This document shows positions 46,390-58,863 of a stretch of 64,000 nucleotides of DNA, in pieces (positions within the stretch are counted from its first letter, which is position 1; each line of letters opens with the position of its first letter). The translations under genes and the position numbers were made by a program. The notes under the pieces were generated by a model that worked only from the letters and a program-made list of their open reading frames with translations, was not told the origin of the DNA and did no database searches. Source of the DNA: Oikopleura dioica (Eukaryota; Animalia; Chordata); contig OU015566.1 in the NCBI GenBank assembly GCA_907165135.1, positions 5,022,001-5,086,000 of the forward strand. The letters run 5' to 3'.

Positions 46390-48010
46390 CTTTATACATA
46401 TTTTTACCGGGTTTCATATCCGCCAAAAACAAGAAAATAATCACCCAAATATATTGAAGACGCAAAAGGAAAATTCTTAAAAATAATAGCCAAAATAATA
46501 AAATTGATTATTGTTTACTGAAAGCAAAACACCGACTTTTGTCCACTGATCATTTCGAAAGAGATAAACATTTTTCGTATTAGTCCATTCGTCGTAATCA
46601 TACAATAATCCACCAATTGTAAGAACTCCATTTGAGACAGACAGACAAGTATGATCAGAAATCGAATGAGGATGAGGAGTTGTATCTTGCCAACCGCTTA
46701 TTTTCATGTAAAAGCAAATATCTTTTTATGAATCACCTTGAAGTTAGAATTTCTACACGATTTGAAGACGGATAAAAAGAACCAATAATCATCGGGGCAT
46801 TTTCAAGTTCTACCATGCAAGAACATTTATGAGTGATTTGTGTCGAACTTATAGATTGAGATCTTTCTCCGTCAAAGCTCTCGCAATCAGCTGAGAAACC
46901 TCTACATAAAATAACTGACTCAGTTCCAGCAGAAACAGTCGCGAGGGATCCGTCAACAGCGTCGAAAAAATATACAAGTTCGATTCCAGTATTGATAATC
47001 TTACAGCCAGATAATTTTGAAATCTTGAATTTTTACTCAAATCGATATCGGACCTTGACAGAGCTTTCACCTTTTTTCTTTGACCTAAGAATGATCCAAA
47101 AAAGTAAACTTCTCCTTTAAAAATTGCATGACCAGACGCAAAAAGATATCCATTATACTCCAAAGGAGACTCATAATGTCGTTTTTCCTTTAACTCTCGT
47201 CAAAGAATGATAACATTTTGGCCAACCTTGAAACTTCCATCAGCAGAAATCAAATAACTGAAATTTGGTAAATCGAGGTATCTGTCCCCCTGGCAAAGCA
47301 CTGTCACATAAGGCTGGCATTCGAAACCGCAATCACAAGAACAGCCCATCGGACAATTTTCCATGCATGGGCAGAAGCTCTTTTCTTCTTCAAACACATC
47401 ATAGCAACCATCATAACAAGTCTTATTAGTCGTACAGGATTCGAAACAATCGTCCAATCTTCTCCGCGCCTCTTTAAGGCACTGTTTGAAATACTGGTCA
47501 TTCTCAGGGCTTTTACAGCTGCAAATTGGATTCGCGCAGCTCTGGCAGCCGTTTGGGCAGAGCTCGTCACACGGGCAAGCTCGGTAGCAATCTTAAAAAC
47601 ATCAGCGAATTTCAGCAAAGACCGCTGGTTACCGGTCCATTCTCCAGCGCATTGGCGCTCGCAAGAAGAGCTAAAACAGCCATCTTTACATTTGATCCAT
47701 TTTTCAAAGCAGTCTTCGTCGCATAATTCGCCAAGATCAGCATCACTTCGGTTGAAAAATATTTGATTGTCTCTTCAAAAAGTACTCTCTTTTACTTACG
47801 GACAAGACGGATCAATCCTTCGTCTCGATTTTTGAACCCCGGGTTCCAATTCTGGCTGAGCGAGAGCGTTAAAACTAAAAAGCGACAAAATGCACCTCAT
47901 TTGAAAAGTCTCTTTTGCAAAACAACTCGAGTTTCCAACCACAATTCTCATGCTTGATATTTGCCCATGCTTGAGACCATTTGCATTTGCAGTAATAATA
48001 ATTTCCTACA
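46390..48010 (-). CDS. Cys-rich repeat plus kelch-like beta-propeller protein
   Basis: CPCDELCPNGCQSC, CPCMENCPMGC, GHAIFKGEVYFFG, HTCLSVSNGVLTIGG...W. Exon limits approximate. Confidence 0.55.
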
Positions 48011-48515
48011 GGAACTTTCAAGGAATCGGTGTTCAGAGCCTTATTTTTAATTTTGACGCGGCAAAGATGACAAAAAAAAAGCTTATAGATGCGAAAAGAC
48101 TATGATCATCCTAAATCAGAATATTTCAATTCTTACTGACCCACTTTCGTATAGAAGTGAAAACCGTAAGATGGCTAGGCTGGCATAATTAGGACCGGAG
48201 ATGGCTTGACCCGGGCTGGCTATTATGTAGGATCATTTCCCGTCTCCCAAAAGGGGATTAAACGCCTGACGAGTCTGTAATCGATGCTTCAGCCATACAT
48301 TTTCAGACCCATTTTTTGGTATTCAGAAGAGAAGAAAATAGACTGATAGACTCTACCAAGGTAAAATATCAAATAAAAAGAAAGAGCAGAGAGCTAAAAA
48401 TCAGTGAATCCAAGTTTAAAATCAACTCCCTAATCAGTCAATTTCGTCTCAATTCTTGGCCATTAGGAGACGTCGTATCGATAATATTCGCGACGCGTTA
48501 ATGACGAGCTGAAAC

Positions 48516-49780
48516 GAGACGGGAGCTTTTCCAGCCATTAGCTTTTCCAGCCGTTAGCTTTTCCAGCATATTAGAATTTCCAGCAAGGCTGGAAAAGCTA
48601 ACGGCTGGAAAAGCTAATGGCTGGAAAAACTTCTTTCTGATTGATATTTTTCTAATGAAAATATAGTTTGATAAATAAGTACTATTTTTATTAAAAATGT
48701 ATTTACTTTGTGAAATATCATAATTAATTAATAATCGTCGATTAATATAAGAATTATCGAGAGATCGTTTTCAAAGGAGGTCAGGATTCTTGGTACTCCT
48801 TTTTCCGAGTTTGATACTGGAGTAATGCTACCCTTTTTGCCACTGATCCCTTTGAAGGGATTAGCGCCCGACGCCGGAGCCACTTTCCGCCCAGAGCGAG
48901 AGTTCGAAAAGTCCGAAAGTCGAAAGTGACAAAAAGGTTGAACATTACTCGCAGTACAAAAATTGGAACAAGGAGTACCAAAAATCCCGACCTCCTTTAA
49001 CCCTAGCCGGCCAAAAATGATTTTTCTCGGATACCGGTCAAGATACTCCATATTTGGCGCCAGAGATTTACCCGCAAATAAGACTATACAAATGATAAAG
49101 GTCAAATTATATGTCTTTGGGGAAATAGATTAAATCCTGCCTATCAAGATGCAATAGAAAAAACCGCTCCAGAATGAGTTTCTTAGAAATTATACGTTAA
49201 ATATTGTGAGGTACTTGGAAATGAGTAAAAACCTGCTCCATATTTGGAGTACCTTGACCGGCTAGGGTTAAAAACGATCTCTCGATAAATTTCATATTAA
49301 TCGACGATTATTAATTAATAATGAATCATTATTAATGATATTTCAATCCAGGTGATACCGTCCGCTTTGAAATGACCTGGTGGAGAATGACTTGCTTATT
49401 TAACTGCCAGGTACTAGAAAAGAGGGTCTTTAAGGGTCCCTAATAGAGTTGAGGTACCAAATTCAAAAAAGTAATGCGGTGCGAAATTTTTATTTTTTCT
49501 GAGCTTCAATTTGCGCCCTTAACCTTCCCAAGATCTCAATCCAGTCAAAAGTTATTGATTCCCAACCTAAAAAAAAACGCGTCTAAGTAAATACACTTTT
49601 TAATAAAAAAAGTACTTATTTTATCAGTTTATATTTTCATTAGAAAAATATCAATCTGAAAGAAGCTTTTCCAGTATATTAGCTTTTCCAGCAAATTAGA
49701 ATTTCCAGCAAGGCTGGAAAAGCTAATGGCTGGAAAAGCTAACGGCTGGAAAAGCTTATGGCTGGAAAAGCTCCCGTCTC
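48516..49780. mobile_element. Non-autonomous Mutator/Foldback-like element with ~200-bp TIRs and 9-bp TSD AGCTGAAAC
   Basis: GAGACGGGAGCTTTTCCAGCC...GGCTGGAAAAGCTCCCGTCTC. Identical TSD at 48507-48515 and 49781-49789; GCTGGAAAA subrepeats. Confidence 0.9.
49001..49267. mobile_element. piggyBac-type MITE (TTAA|CCCTAGCCGG...CCGGCTAGGG|TTAA) nested in the Mutator-like element
   Basis: TTAA TSD and CCCTAG termini read directly. Confidence 0.85.
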
Positions 49781-50069
49781 AGCTGAAACGGCTCATTCTT
49801 CGAAAATACGCTTTGGACGTGGCTCAATGCAGAACAGTGATCTGCTTTGTTTTGCCTGAGAGTACGGAAAGTAGAGATTACTTTCTTCGCCCACTCAGAA
49901 TTGCGTTTCAGAGCAAGAAAAATAAAGCATTAACACTTGCGGGCATATTTATCGAGCGTTTACGTGTCGCGTTTTGAAAGTGATTGACGGTGTCAATTCC
50001 GGAACAGCTAGAAATTAGAAAGTAATTGCAATTTTAGAAAGAGGAGAAGGGAAGAGGAAAATGGAAATT

Positions 50070-50667
50070 ACGAAAGAGGAAATGATGAAGGAAGACAAGG
50101 AAGAGAACGGAAAGAAAAAGAAGAAAAAAGTTTCTTGGTGCAAGTAAGCGAAAAAAATAATTTTTTTGAGACAAAAATTTATCAAAGAAACACCCTTAAT
50201 TAGATTAAGATTTATTCTCGTTTTTTTCAATAATTCATTGATCAAAAAATTATAGGCTTATTATTTTAAAACTTTTTTCATAAAAATATTAGAAAAAAAA
50301 AATAGATAAAATATTATTCAGAAATGTGTATTTATTCTCCGTTCCTTATTACAACAGAAAATGCAAGTCCCTCGACATCGACAAAATAAAAGACAAAGCG
50401 AGGGAAAAAATAAAAATCGAGCTCGACAACTTCAAGGTACCAAATTGATTTTCACGCTCCTTCAAATTCCAGCAGCGGAACGAAATGGAAGTTCACCACC
50501 AAAGCCGTGAAAACACGTCTTTTTACTATCCTCTCCAAAATCCTCATCACAGCCATCTTGGAAGAAATACTTGATAAAAATATAATTTTAGGACCGAAGA
50601 ACATCGCCAAAATCAATCGAAGATTTTCTCAAGCTGTAAACATCTTTAAAAACAAAATAAATTCCTA
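50070..50667 (+). CDS. Small Lys/Glu-rich hypothetical protein (start not identified)
   Basis: Apparent exons KEEMMKEDKEENG..., KCKSLDIDKIKDKARE..., WKFTTKAVKTRLF...*. Confidence 0.35.
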
Positions 50668-51863
50668 AAAATGAGAAAATAGTCGCTTGACGGGGATAAC
50701 CTCTTATCTCACGGCACGTGAGTCACGGGTAAAATTTAAACTGTGAACATATCATTTTCTTATTGATAGCAAATTTAGCAAAAATAATTGAGAACTTGAG
50801 CCTAGGAAGTTTTTTCAAGAAAGAATCAAACAAGAGGTGTTAATGAATGAAATTAAATTTTCCATGGAAACAAAAGATCAAAAGCGCCGTCAATTTGCAC
50901 GAAGAAAAATGAAAAATGAGCCACTTTTCCAGAACGAGAGAAAAGAAGGAGCTACTCATTTCCGGGAAAAAGCCGGTTTGTTAAAATAGATTCTCTGTCA
51001 AGCTTTTCAATCAAAATTACCGTATAAGTGAGTAAGCTCTGGATGAAACCAGGCAGAAAAAAGGCCTGGTCCCTGGTGAGTAGATATGCTTTGGTGGATT
51101 TCTTAGCACGGACAGGCTATTATAGTTGAGCAGATGTTTGAAGAGGGGCTTTTGAGTGTTGTTTCTCAAACTATTCACAAACCGCTGGTCAATTCAATAC
51201 AACCATTTTCAGAGTTTTATCAGAAAGAGAAGGAGAAAGTCGGTGCTTCTTTGATTTTCCGGGAAATTGGCATTTTCGAATATTTAAATGAAAATTTGAC
51301 CCATTTTTACTAACAAAAATAAGTCATTTTGGGTGAAAATTTTTGCGAAAAATTTTCTTGGAATTTAATTTTTTCGGTTCAAAAGTGAATAAATCAAAGT
51401 CTTAACTTTAAGTTTTCAAAGTAAAATAAGGGTGTCATAATGCAAATTTGAATAGAAAAAGCTGCTGCAAAATGGCGATTATTGATGTCTATACTCTTAA
51501 AAAAGGACCTCTAAATTGAAAACAAAACCGATAGTCCTTCGTTTTTGTCCTAGTAAAAATCACTTGTTGAAAGAAAAAAACCGAAAAATCGGATCTTCGG
51601 CGGCCGTAAAAAACGCCGAGGAATGTAAGCGGGAAATTGTAAAACGCATGTGCGGCGCCGCAATCAGACGATTTTACGATTTAGTGCACTACTGCTCCTC
51701 GATCACGCTCCAAATCGCTTTTGACCGGCCAAGCGCAAAAATCAGAGACTATTTAACTGTTCACCAGTTCCGTTTTTTTTCACAAAACAACCAGTTCTTT
51801 TTAGAAAATCTAAAAAGAAAAAATACTTTTCAGAAAACTTTTTTCGTTAAAAAAGCGTGGAAA

Positions 51864-52584
51864 ATGGGAGACTGGAAAACTGGACTTTTCGGTTGCATCA
51901 CCAAGCCGGGAATCTGCTGCTTGAGCTGCTTTGTTCGACCGCTTGTTGCAGGTAAAATTCTAGAGATTGAAATTCGATTTTTTTCTGAGGACTTTTTCTC
52001 CTTGAAGACCCCCCTTCCGCTGGAAGAAAATGATAAAATGCTTTTTGACTCGGCAAACCTGAGCAAAGAACCTGAGTCAGGGTCTGCTAGATTTTTTTTT
52101 TCAAGAATCATTCAGACCCTGACTCAGGTTTTCTACGCAGGTTTCCGAGCACAGGTAGAACGAGATTTTACTTTTTTTAATTTAAAGAATAATTTAATGA
52201 AGAATTCAATTTCAGGAAAAAACGCGGAAAGCATTGGTGAAAACGGCGTGCTCTGGGCGATCGCCTCCTTCATCCCCTGCGGCGCCGCTCTCCTCCGAGG
52301 CCAGATTCGAAAGAAGAACGGAGTCAGCGGCGCGATGTGGTCCGACTGCCTCCTCCACTGGTGCTGCCCTTGCTGCGCTTCTGGCCAAGGTAAAACTTGC
52401 AGTAGATGTTGAGGAATTGAAAAATTAACGACGCTGAAAATGACCCCTTTTGTCGCGCTAAATAGCCGTCTGACCTTTTTAAATTCTAGAGGCGATGCAA
52501 ACCGGCGCGCTCGACTACCTCCTCGAAGACGAAATGCTCGACAAGGCGACGAAAAAATACAACCAGGAAATCACCAGAACCTAA
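51864..52584 (+). CDS. PLAC8/cornifelin-family Cys-rich protein
   Basis: MGDWKTGLFGC...CCLSCF...LRGQIRKKNGVSG...DCLLHWCCPCC. A MITE copy (52045-52154) lies in intron 1. Confidence 0.9.
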
Positions 52585-55024
52585 CTTATCCGACCTTACT
52601 CCTCGATGTCTCCACTCTTCGCTAAATTTTACCAATTTCCTGCTTTTTTTTTAAATTTTGCTTGCTATTTTTGGCGCTGAAATTATTTTCCTTTTGAAAT
52701 CAAATTTTATGCTACTCTTTGCACTTGAAAAATGATTTTATCAATAAAACATAATTTCTTACTAAAATTGGTTTTTATTTTCTACGTTGGAATGAAAGTG
52801 AAGGCCCCAAAAGAGGGTTTGCGTGAGAGAACTGGGTTTTACTTATCGTGACAGGAATCGGAGACGGCGATTAAATACGGACGGTAGGAGACAAAGAGGC
52901 GCAGCAGTTCGGAGAGAAAGAAGTTAAGCTCCTAAAAAAGTGATGATTAAGGCTCTTTGTGAAGGAGACTTACAGAGAGCTTAGACATTCATTTCGTCTT
53001 CAGGAAGACCCAACCTCTGCAATCTGAGCCTGCGTAGTTCCTGTCTGAGCTCCATTTTTTCTTCGCGATGGCGTCGGCATTCTTTCTCAAGTCGTTCGAT
53101 CTAATACAGTGAAGACTCAAAAATTGGCCGGTTTTCAGATCCAGATTTCCAAAAAAGCGGCCAAATTTTGAGTTTTTCGCCGAGTAGCCAAGTTTCCCCT
53201 TCAAAAAAGCAAAATTTCGAATTATTCGAAAATAGGCATTATTTACACATTTTTAATGAATTTAATTCAAATATTTTCTTGTTTGAAGTCATTTGTATTA
53301 GAATTTTGTAATTTAAAATGAATGAGACACTTTTAAAAAGCAAAAAATGATCAGAAATATCATAATTTGGGCTCATTTTTGATACAATTTTTTAGATTTT
53401 TTAAAAAGCGGCCAATTTTCGAGTCCATTTCAGGTTCATGAATCAGTCAATTTCGACCGAAACCGGCCAAATTTTGAGAAGGCAAATTTTGAGTTTTCAC
53501 TGTAGTATAATTAGTATTTGATGAATAAAATATCATTAATAAGAGCTTATAAAAAAAATTCATCAAAAATAGAAAATTAATTTTCAATACAAAAAGCCAA
53601 TTTTGGACAAAATTTTCCAAACCATCAAGAAAAATTTCTGACTAAAAGATTTTCCTTTTAGTTTAAAGTCAACAATTTAAAAAAACGAAAAGACTTACTT
53701 GATTTCTTTGGAGTTCAATTTTGTCAAAATATTTATCCAATTTATCGTTGTACTCTTCAGCGAGTCTAAAAAAATTAAAATCAAGAGCAATGACAAATAA
53801 TTAAAATTTGTTGTTTTATTTATTACCCTTTGAGTGCTCTTAAGTTCCATCGGTTTATCATCAGCAAGAGTTTCGTTGGACAGAAAATGGCAACGGCAAC
53901 CAGTGCGGCAAAGGCCAGGAATCCATATATCATATATTTATGATAAATGGATACCTCGATTTTTTCGGGGCAATGCATTGAAATCATCGGTATTGTACTG
54001 TCTGTACCTGAATCAGATACCGTATCAGCAGAAAACAAGAACATTCTTAAAATTTTTGTCTTGACCGACTCCTGCAATTTTTAAATACTTTGACGATCAT
54101 AATTTTTAAAAATTACCACAATAACAGGCTTTTTAACGTTCTTGAATCAAAAGAGAATAAAAAAAAAACATTATTAGACCAGAAGAAATAAAAAATTAAT
54201 AGAATGCCTGACCCTCTCTTGAACAGAAAATCCAGGGTTTCTCTTTTTTACTGCAATCTCTCGAAAAAATTTCGGCGGAATGTGTCAAAAATTTGACTTT
54301 TCTTCGAATGAAACGAGCGCTATTCGCAAATCTGCAAGCGCCATCAAAATTCAAATCAGATTTGCCATCTTTTCAGTTGCTCGAAAAATCCCGCAGCAAT
54401 TTTGGAATTTTTAAATCGAGCGAAAATTAAAAAAAAGAAATATCTTCGTTATAAAAAATATACAAAAATAAATGAAGGCCATAAACTTATTAGTAAACAA
54501 ATAATTAAGATTTAGTTAAAAAGAAACTCTTCGTTGTTTTCTTGATGATGAAGAGTAGAATCCCCAGTGCGCATCAGGTGGTCAATGCGTGGTTCTAGCA
54601 ACAGTAAGATTTTCATGCAAATTGGAGACAACAACGACTGCTGAGCCAAAGAACGACAACAAGACAAAGAAGAACTCGGAGAACGACAAAAAAACGCCTT
54701 CTACGATTTGGTGCTGTTACTCTTATCCATTCAATTAGAAAAGGAGCGAAAGCACCACAAAGTTTAAAAAAGCTCTCTCAAGTGGTCAGCACCGTTTCTC
54801 CAAATGTCACGTGACGGGAAAGACCTTTTGAACAACTAGGGGCTTAGGCACACTGAATTACTTTCAGTTCTTCTCTTTTATAACGCTAGAATTGATCAAA
54901 AATCGGTATATATTTTATTTACAAACAAGATTCGTTTCCCCTTCTTTCAAGTCTTCTTTTTCTTGAAAAAAGAGCGATAATTACAGTCAGAATAAAAATC
55001 ATTTTACAAAAGCAAACTCAAAGT

Positions 55025-57300
55025 TCAATTTTCGGCTTCGTATTCAGACGATTCCTCAAAATCCTCAGCAATTTCGTCAGCTTGATTTTTCTTCAACAAC
55101 TCGCCGGACTCGCAGTCGACTCGTTTCAAACGGCTTCCAGTTTTGTTGAATTTGATCTTTTTCACTTCGCTTGGGTCGATTCCGTTCTTTTCAATCGAGT
55201 TCTTTTGCCTTGAAAAATTTGCTTTGAAAACAAGGAGGATTTTTTTTCTTACTTGCGAACTTGAGCGGCGAAAACTTGCTGAGATTTTTTGATCAAGTGG
55301 CATCGTTTTCGCTTGAAAAAGCAGCGGCTTCGGAAACTCCAGATTTTGCCAGTCAGTTCTTGATCTTCCATGTTTTTCACTCGGCCGCAGATCGATGAAC
55401 TTGGCTAAAAAGGGGATGAAAATTTTAATATTAAATGAGATTCTACCTCTGCAAAATCGTCGCAATTGATTTCTGAGCAAAGATCTGGAAATTTTTCGTC
55501 GAGTTCGTGCATCGTTTCTGAAGCTTCATCTCCTCCTGCCATTCCCACGTCCATGAGCATTCCACTAACTGCGGAAGAATTGTTCTTTTTAGGATTGTTT
55601 TTTGCTCGTTTTGCTTTTCGCCAGGCAACTCGTTTTTCGTAGCGAGAAAGCTGCTTTTCGGCCTTGATTTCGTCTTGATTTTCTTCTAGAAAGGGAGAAA
55701 AAGCGGGAAAGGAGATGAAAAAACTCACCTTGGGTGGAAACAACTTGACTTCGAGCGTTGATAAGCGATTGCTTTCCTTTCGCTTTTTTGCGGTTGATTC
55801 GGTGTTGAATTCGTTTTTCTCGGCGGGCCTTTGCTTTTTCCATTTTGCTTCGATTCCCTCCTGAAAAAGCTGATACTGCGAGGACTCAATTCGGTTCTTA
55901 CCGGATCGATCGAGTCCATTGCCAATTTGAGGCCTTCGTTTTGATTCTAGCGCTTCGTGGAAAGCATGGAAGGGGTCGGATTCGCAAACTCCATCGTGTT
56001 CGATTTCAATCTTTTTCTTTTTCGGCTCGAAACACAAGGCAGAAAGAAAGTGGCACTCGTTGAAGTACGTTACATCATCGCTTCCGCAAACTGGCTCGTA
56101 GTGCTCTCTAGAAAAAGAGGATGAGGAAGGGGAGGAAAAGGGGGAGGCTTACTTGGAAGAGGGGCATTTTTGAAACTTTCCATCAACGAATTTTGGGTAA
56201 GCATCGATGCACTTGGGGTTTTGAGTCGGAGCAGGAGTCGTTGAAGCTTGAGTGGTTTGCAACATCGTTGTTGTTTCTAGTGCTTAGGTGAAAAATGTAA
56301 ATTCTAGAGCTCTATCTACCGATTTCTTCTTCCTCCTCTTCATAATCTCCTCCTTCTAGAGCTGCATCAAACAGAAACAGCTGATCAGAGTCAAATTCGT
56401 CTTCGTACTCGACATTTACAGTTATCACGTGATCGTCGCTAGAATTCGTTTAAAAACTCATCAACGATCCTCCGCTTACTTGACTTGGAAAAGCGGCGAA
56501 TCATAATCAGGCTGGTCCTTGTTCCAGTCCGGATCTTTCGCCTCCATGTATTCATCGTAATCGTCATTGTGAATCGTTCGATGGCAAAAGCCGTGGTGGA
56601 GGATTTGAAGATCGGGGGAGTCGGAGCATTTTCGCTCCGTCAAGACGCAGCTGTTCGGGTAGCTGTTTCCATCGGTTCCGCAAACTTTTTATTGGCTTTT
56701 TTTTTCTTTCAAAAAAGATTTGGTCGCCTGTGATTGGCTGCTTCGAAAAATTATGGCTTTTGATTGGATGATACGAAAAAATCCGGGTTTTGATTGGCTG
56801 ACGGGAAAATTTCTGGCTTTTAATTGGCTGATGCGAAAAAATCTGGCTTTTGATTGGATGAGGAACCCAGGCCGAAAAAGGTATCATGAAGCAAATTTTT
56901 CAGAAAAAAGCCATTCCTGGAAGCAAGTTGAGAGTGCATCCCCTTAAGCACTCCGTATCTGCCCTGGCGATTCCCGCGTACGCGGCCGCTTTGGCGCTCG
57001 GCTCTTCCGCTAACAAAAACAAAATTAAACAACTTTAAACTCAAGCCAAACAAATTGCGGCGAATCAAGAAACCTTCAATTTCTTCTTCCACGACCGAAT
57101 CCATCAGCATTCCTTCTCCCTCGTAGCCCGAGCAGTCTTCTCCGTCGCAGCAGCTGCCGAAGTGCTCGAAGAAGACTTCTTCGCCTTCGCATTGTTTTTG
57201 GAAGATGGCGCATTCGTTGTTGTAGGTTTGGCCGTCCGTAGCGCAGACTTTGCTGCCGCGGGTTTTGTTGCATTGGACGGGGCACAAATGCTGAAGAAAA
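55025..57300 (-). CDS. Protein with two Kazal/follistatin-type domains (5' exons unresolved)
   Basis: CPVQC...KVCATDGQTYNNEC...HFGSC and YEPVCGSDDVTYFNEC...HDGVC. Confidence 0.75.
56731..56860 (+). repeat. 30-bp tandem repeat x4.3, each unit starting T(G/A)ATTGG (inverted CCAAT)
   Basis: Units start at 56731, 56761, 56791, 56821 and 56851. Confidence 0.9.
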
Positions 57301-57485
57301 ATTTTTAACAATAAAACGGCTGGGCTCGCCAACCTGAGTCATGTTCCAAAAATGGAAAGCCGCATAGCGGCTTTTTTAAAAACGAAGCCGCAAAGCGGCT
57401 TCGCCAGAAATTCAATTTCATCTATTTTTCAAATTTTTAGAGCCGCTTCGCGGCCTTCTTTCGAGAAAAGCCGCTACTAATCCTT

Positions 57486-57740
57486 ACCGTTATTCTCGGC
57501 TCTTCAACCTGAGTGAAAACCCGAGTCAGGGTTTTGCAAAAGCTTTAATAAAAGCCGGGTAGCGGCTTTTCTTTTAAAGAAGCCGCGAAGCGGCTTTAAA
57601 GGCAAAGATAAGATTGAGATTGTAATTTTGGCGAAAATTACGCGGCTTTTAAAGAAAAGCCGCTACGCGGCTTTTAATCAAACTTTTGCGAAAGCCTGAG
57701 TCAGGTTTTCCACACAGGTTGAAGAGCCGAGAATAACGGT
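57486..57740. mobile_element. Long-variant MITE with 26-bp perfect outer inverted repeat and AAGCCGC/GCGGCTT subrepeats
   Basis: ACCGTTATTCTCGGCTCTTCAACCTG / CAGGTTGAAGAGCCGAGAATAACGGT. Confidence 0.85.
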
Positions 57741-58208
57741 TCCATTTTTAAAAATCAAAAAATCACAGAACACGCGAGCGTGAAATTCTCAATTTTCGAG
57801 AAAAGCTCGCTGACATTTTCGAACACGAAAAGTCGAGTTCCGCTTTTGAACTTACTTTCTGTTCGAGCTGAGAAATGTTGATTGAATCGAGGTGCTTGCT
57901 TTCTCCCTCGCAAGCTCCATTCGCAACTTTATGAACGACGACTCCGGTGACGCATTTGTAGTGTTTGAAGACGCACTGGTTGGCGTAGGTGACTCCGTCG
58001 CTGCCGCAGATTTCGTCGACTTTCTCTGGCGCGTTTTCGACTCTTTCGCAAATCTTAAAAAATTTGCTATTTGTTGTTGAGTCATTTTAACGCTATTAAC
58101 ATCTTTCCTCTTTTTTTTCGCCCGTTTTGCGGTTACAAAATTAGTTCCACTTACGCTGAGCACTTTTTAGAAATCCTAGTCTCTTTCCTCTTTTAAAATG
58201 AACCTTAA

Positions 58209-58318
58209 CCCGTTAACAGGGCAGTTGGCTTTTGCCTGAGCAAAAGCCCGTCTATGATTGATGGAAATCGTGGATCCGGGCATGTGATTGGCTACTCATT
58301 TCCACGCCTGTGAACGGG
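58209..58318. mobile_element. piggyBac-type MITE (TTAA|CCCGTTAACAGG...CCTGTGAACGGG|TTAA)
   Basis: TTAA TSD and CCC/GGG termini. Confidence 0.8.
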
Positions 58319-58325
58319 TTAAGAT

Positions 58326-58863
58326 CAGAGTTGCTAATTTTGCTTTATTTTCGCTGATCTCAGCGACGAGAAAAATTCTCTGAGCTGAGCCGAGCTGAGC
58401 TGGCCTATTTCGGAGCTCATTGAGCTGAGCTGCTCTTTTTCAGAGGTCACTGAGTTGAGCTGAGCTGGGTGAGCTAAAATGAGCTGTTTTTGACTGTTTT
58501 TTTAGTAGAAAACTTGTGTTAAAATCCTTGAGCTGAGCTAAGCTGAGCTGAGAATACTTCTGTGAGCTGAGCTGAGCGGAACTGATCGTGTTCGAAAATA
58601 ATTGAGCTGAGCTGAGCTGAGCAGCTAAGATCATATATATAAATCACAGCAGTCGCTTAGCTCAGCTCAATTATTTTCGAACATGATAAGTTCCGCTCAG
58701 CTCAGCTCACTTAAATATCACTCAGCTCAGCTTAGCTCAGCTCAAGGATTTTAACACAAGTTTACTACTAAAGAAACAGTAAAAAACAGCTCAGTTCAGC
58801 TCAAATTCTTTAAAAAAGGTCCGCTCAGCTCAGCTCACTCAGCTCAGCAAATTTGCAACTCTG
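58326..58863. mobile_element. Foldback element with (CTGAG)n left arm and (CTCAG)n right arm; TIR CAGAGTTGC
   Basis: Mirror-image pentamer arrays around a short core; flanks GTTAAGAT/CTTAGGAT (6/8) are a possible TSD. Confidence 0.8.

Noticed and set aside
48265-48310. Hammerhead-like CTGACGA followed by a GTCTG/CAGAC stem
   Set aside because: No GAAA core after the stem and no supporting stems I and III.
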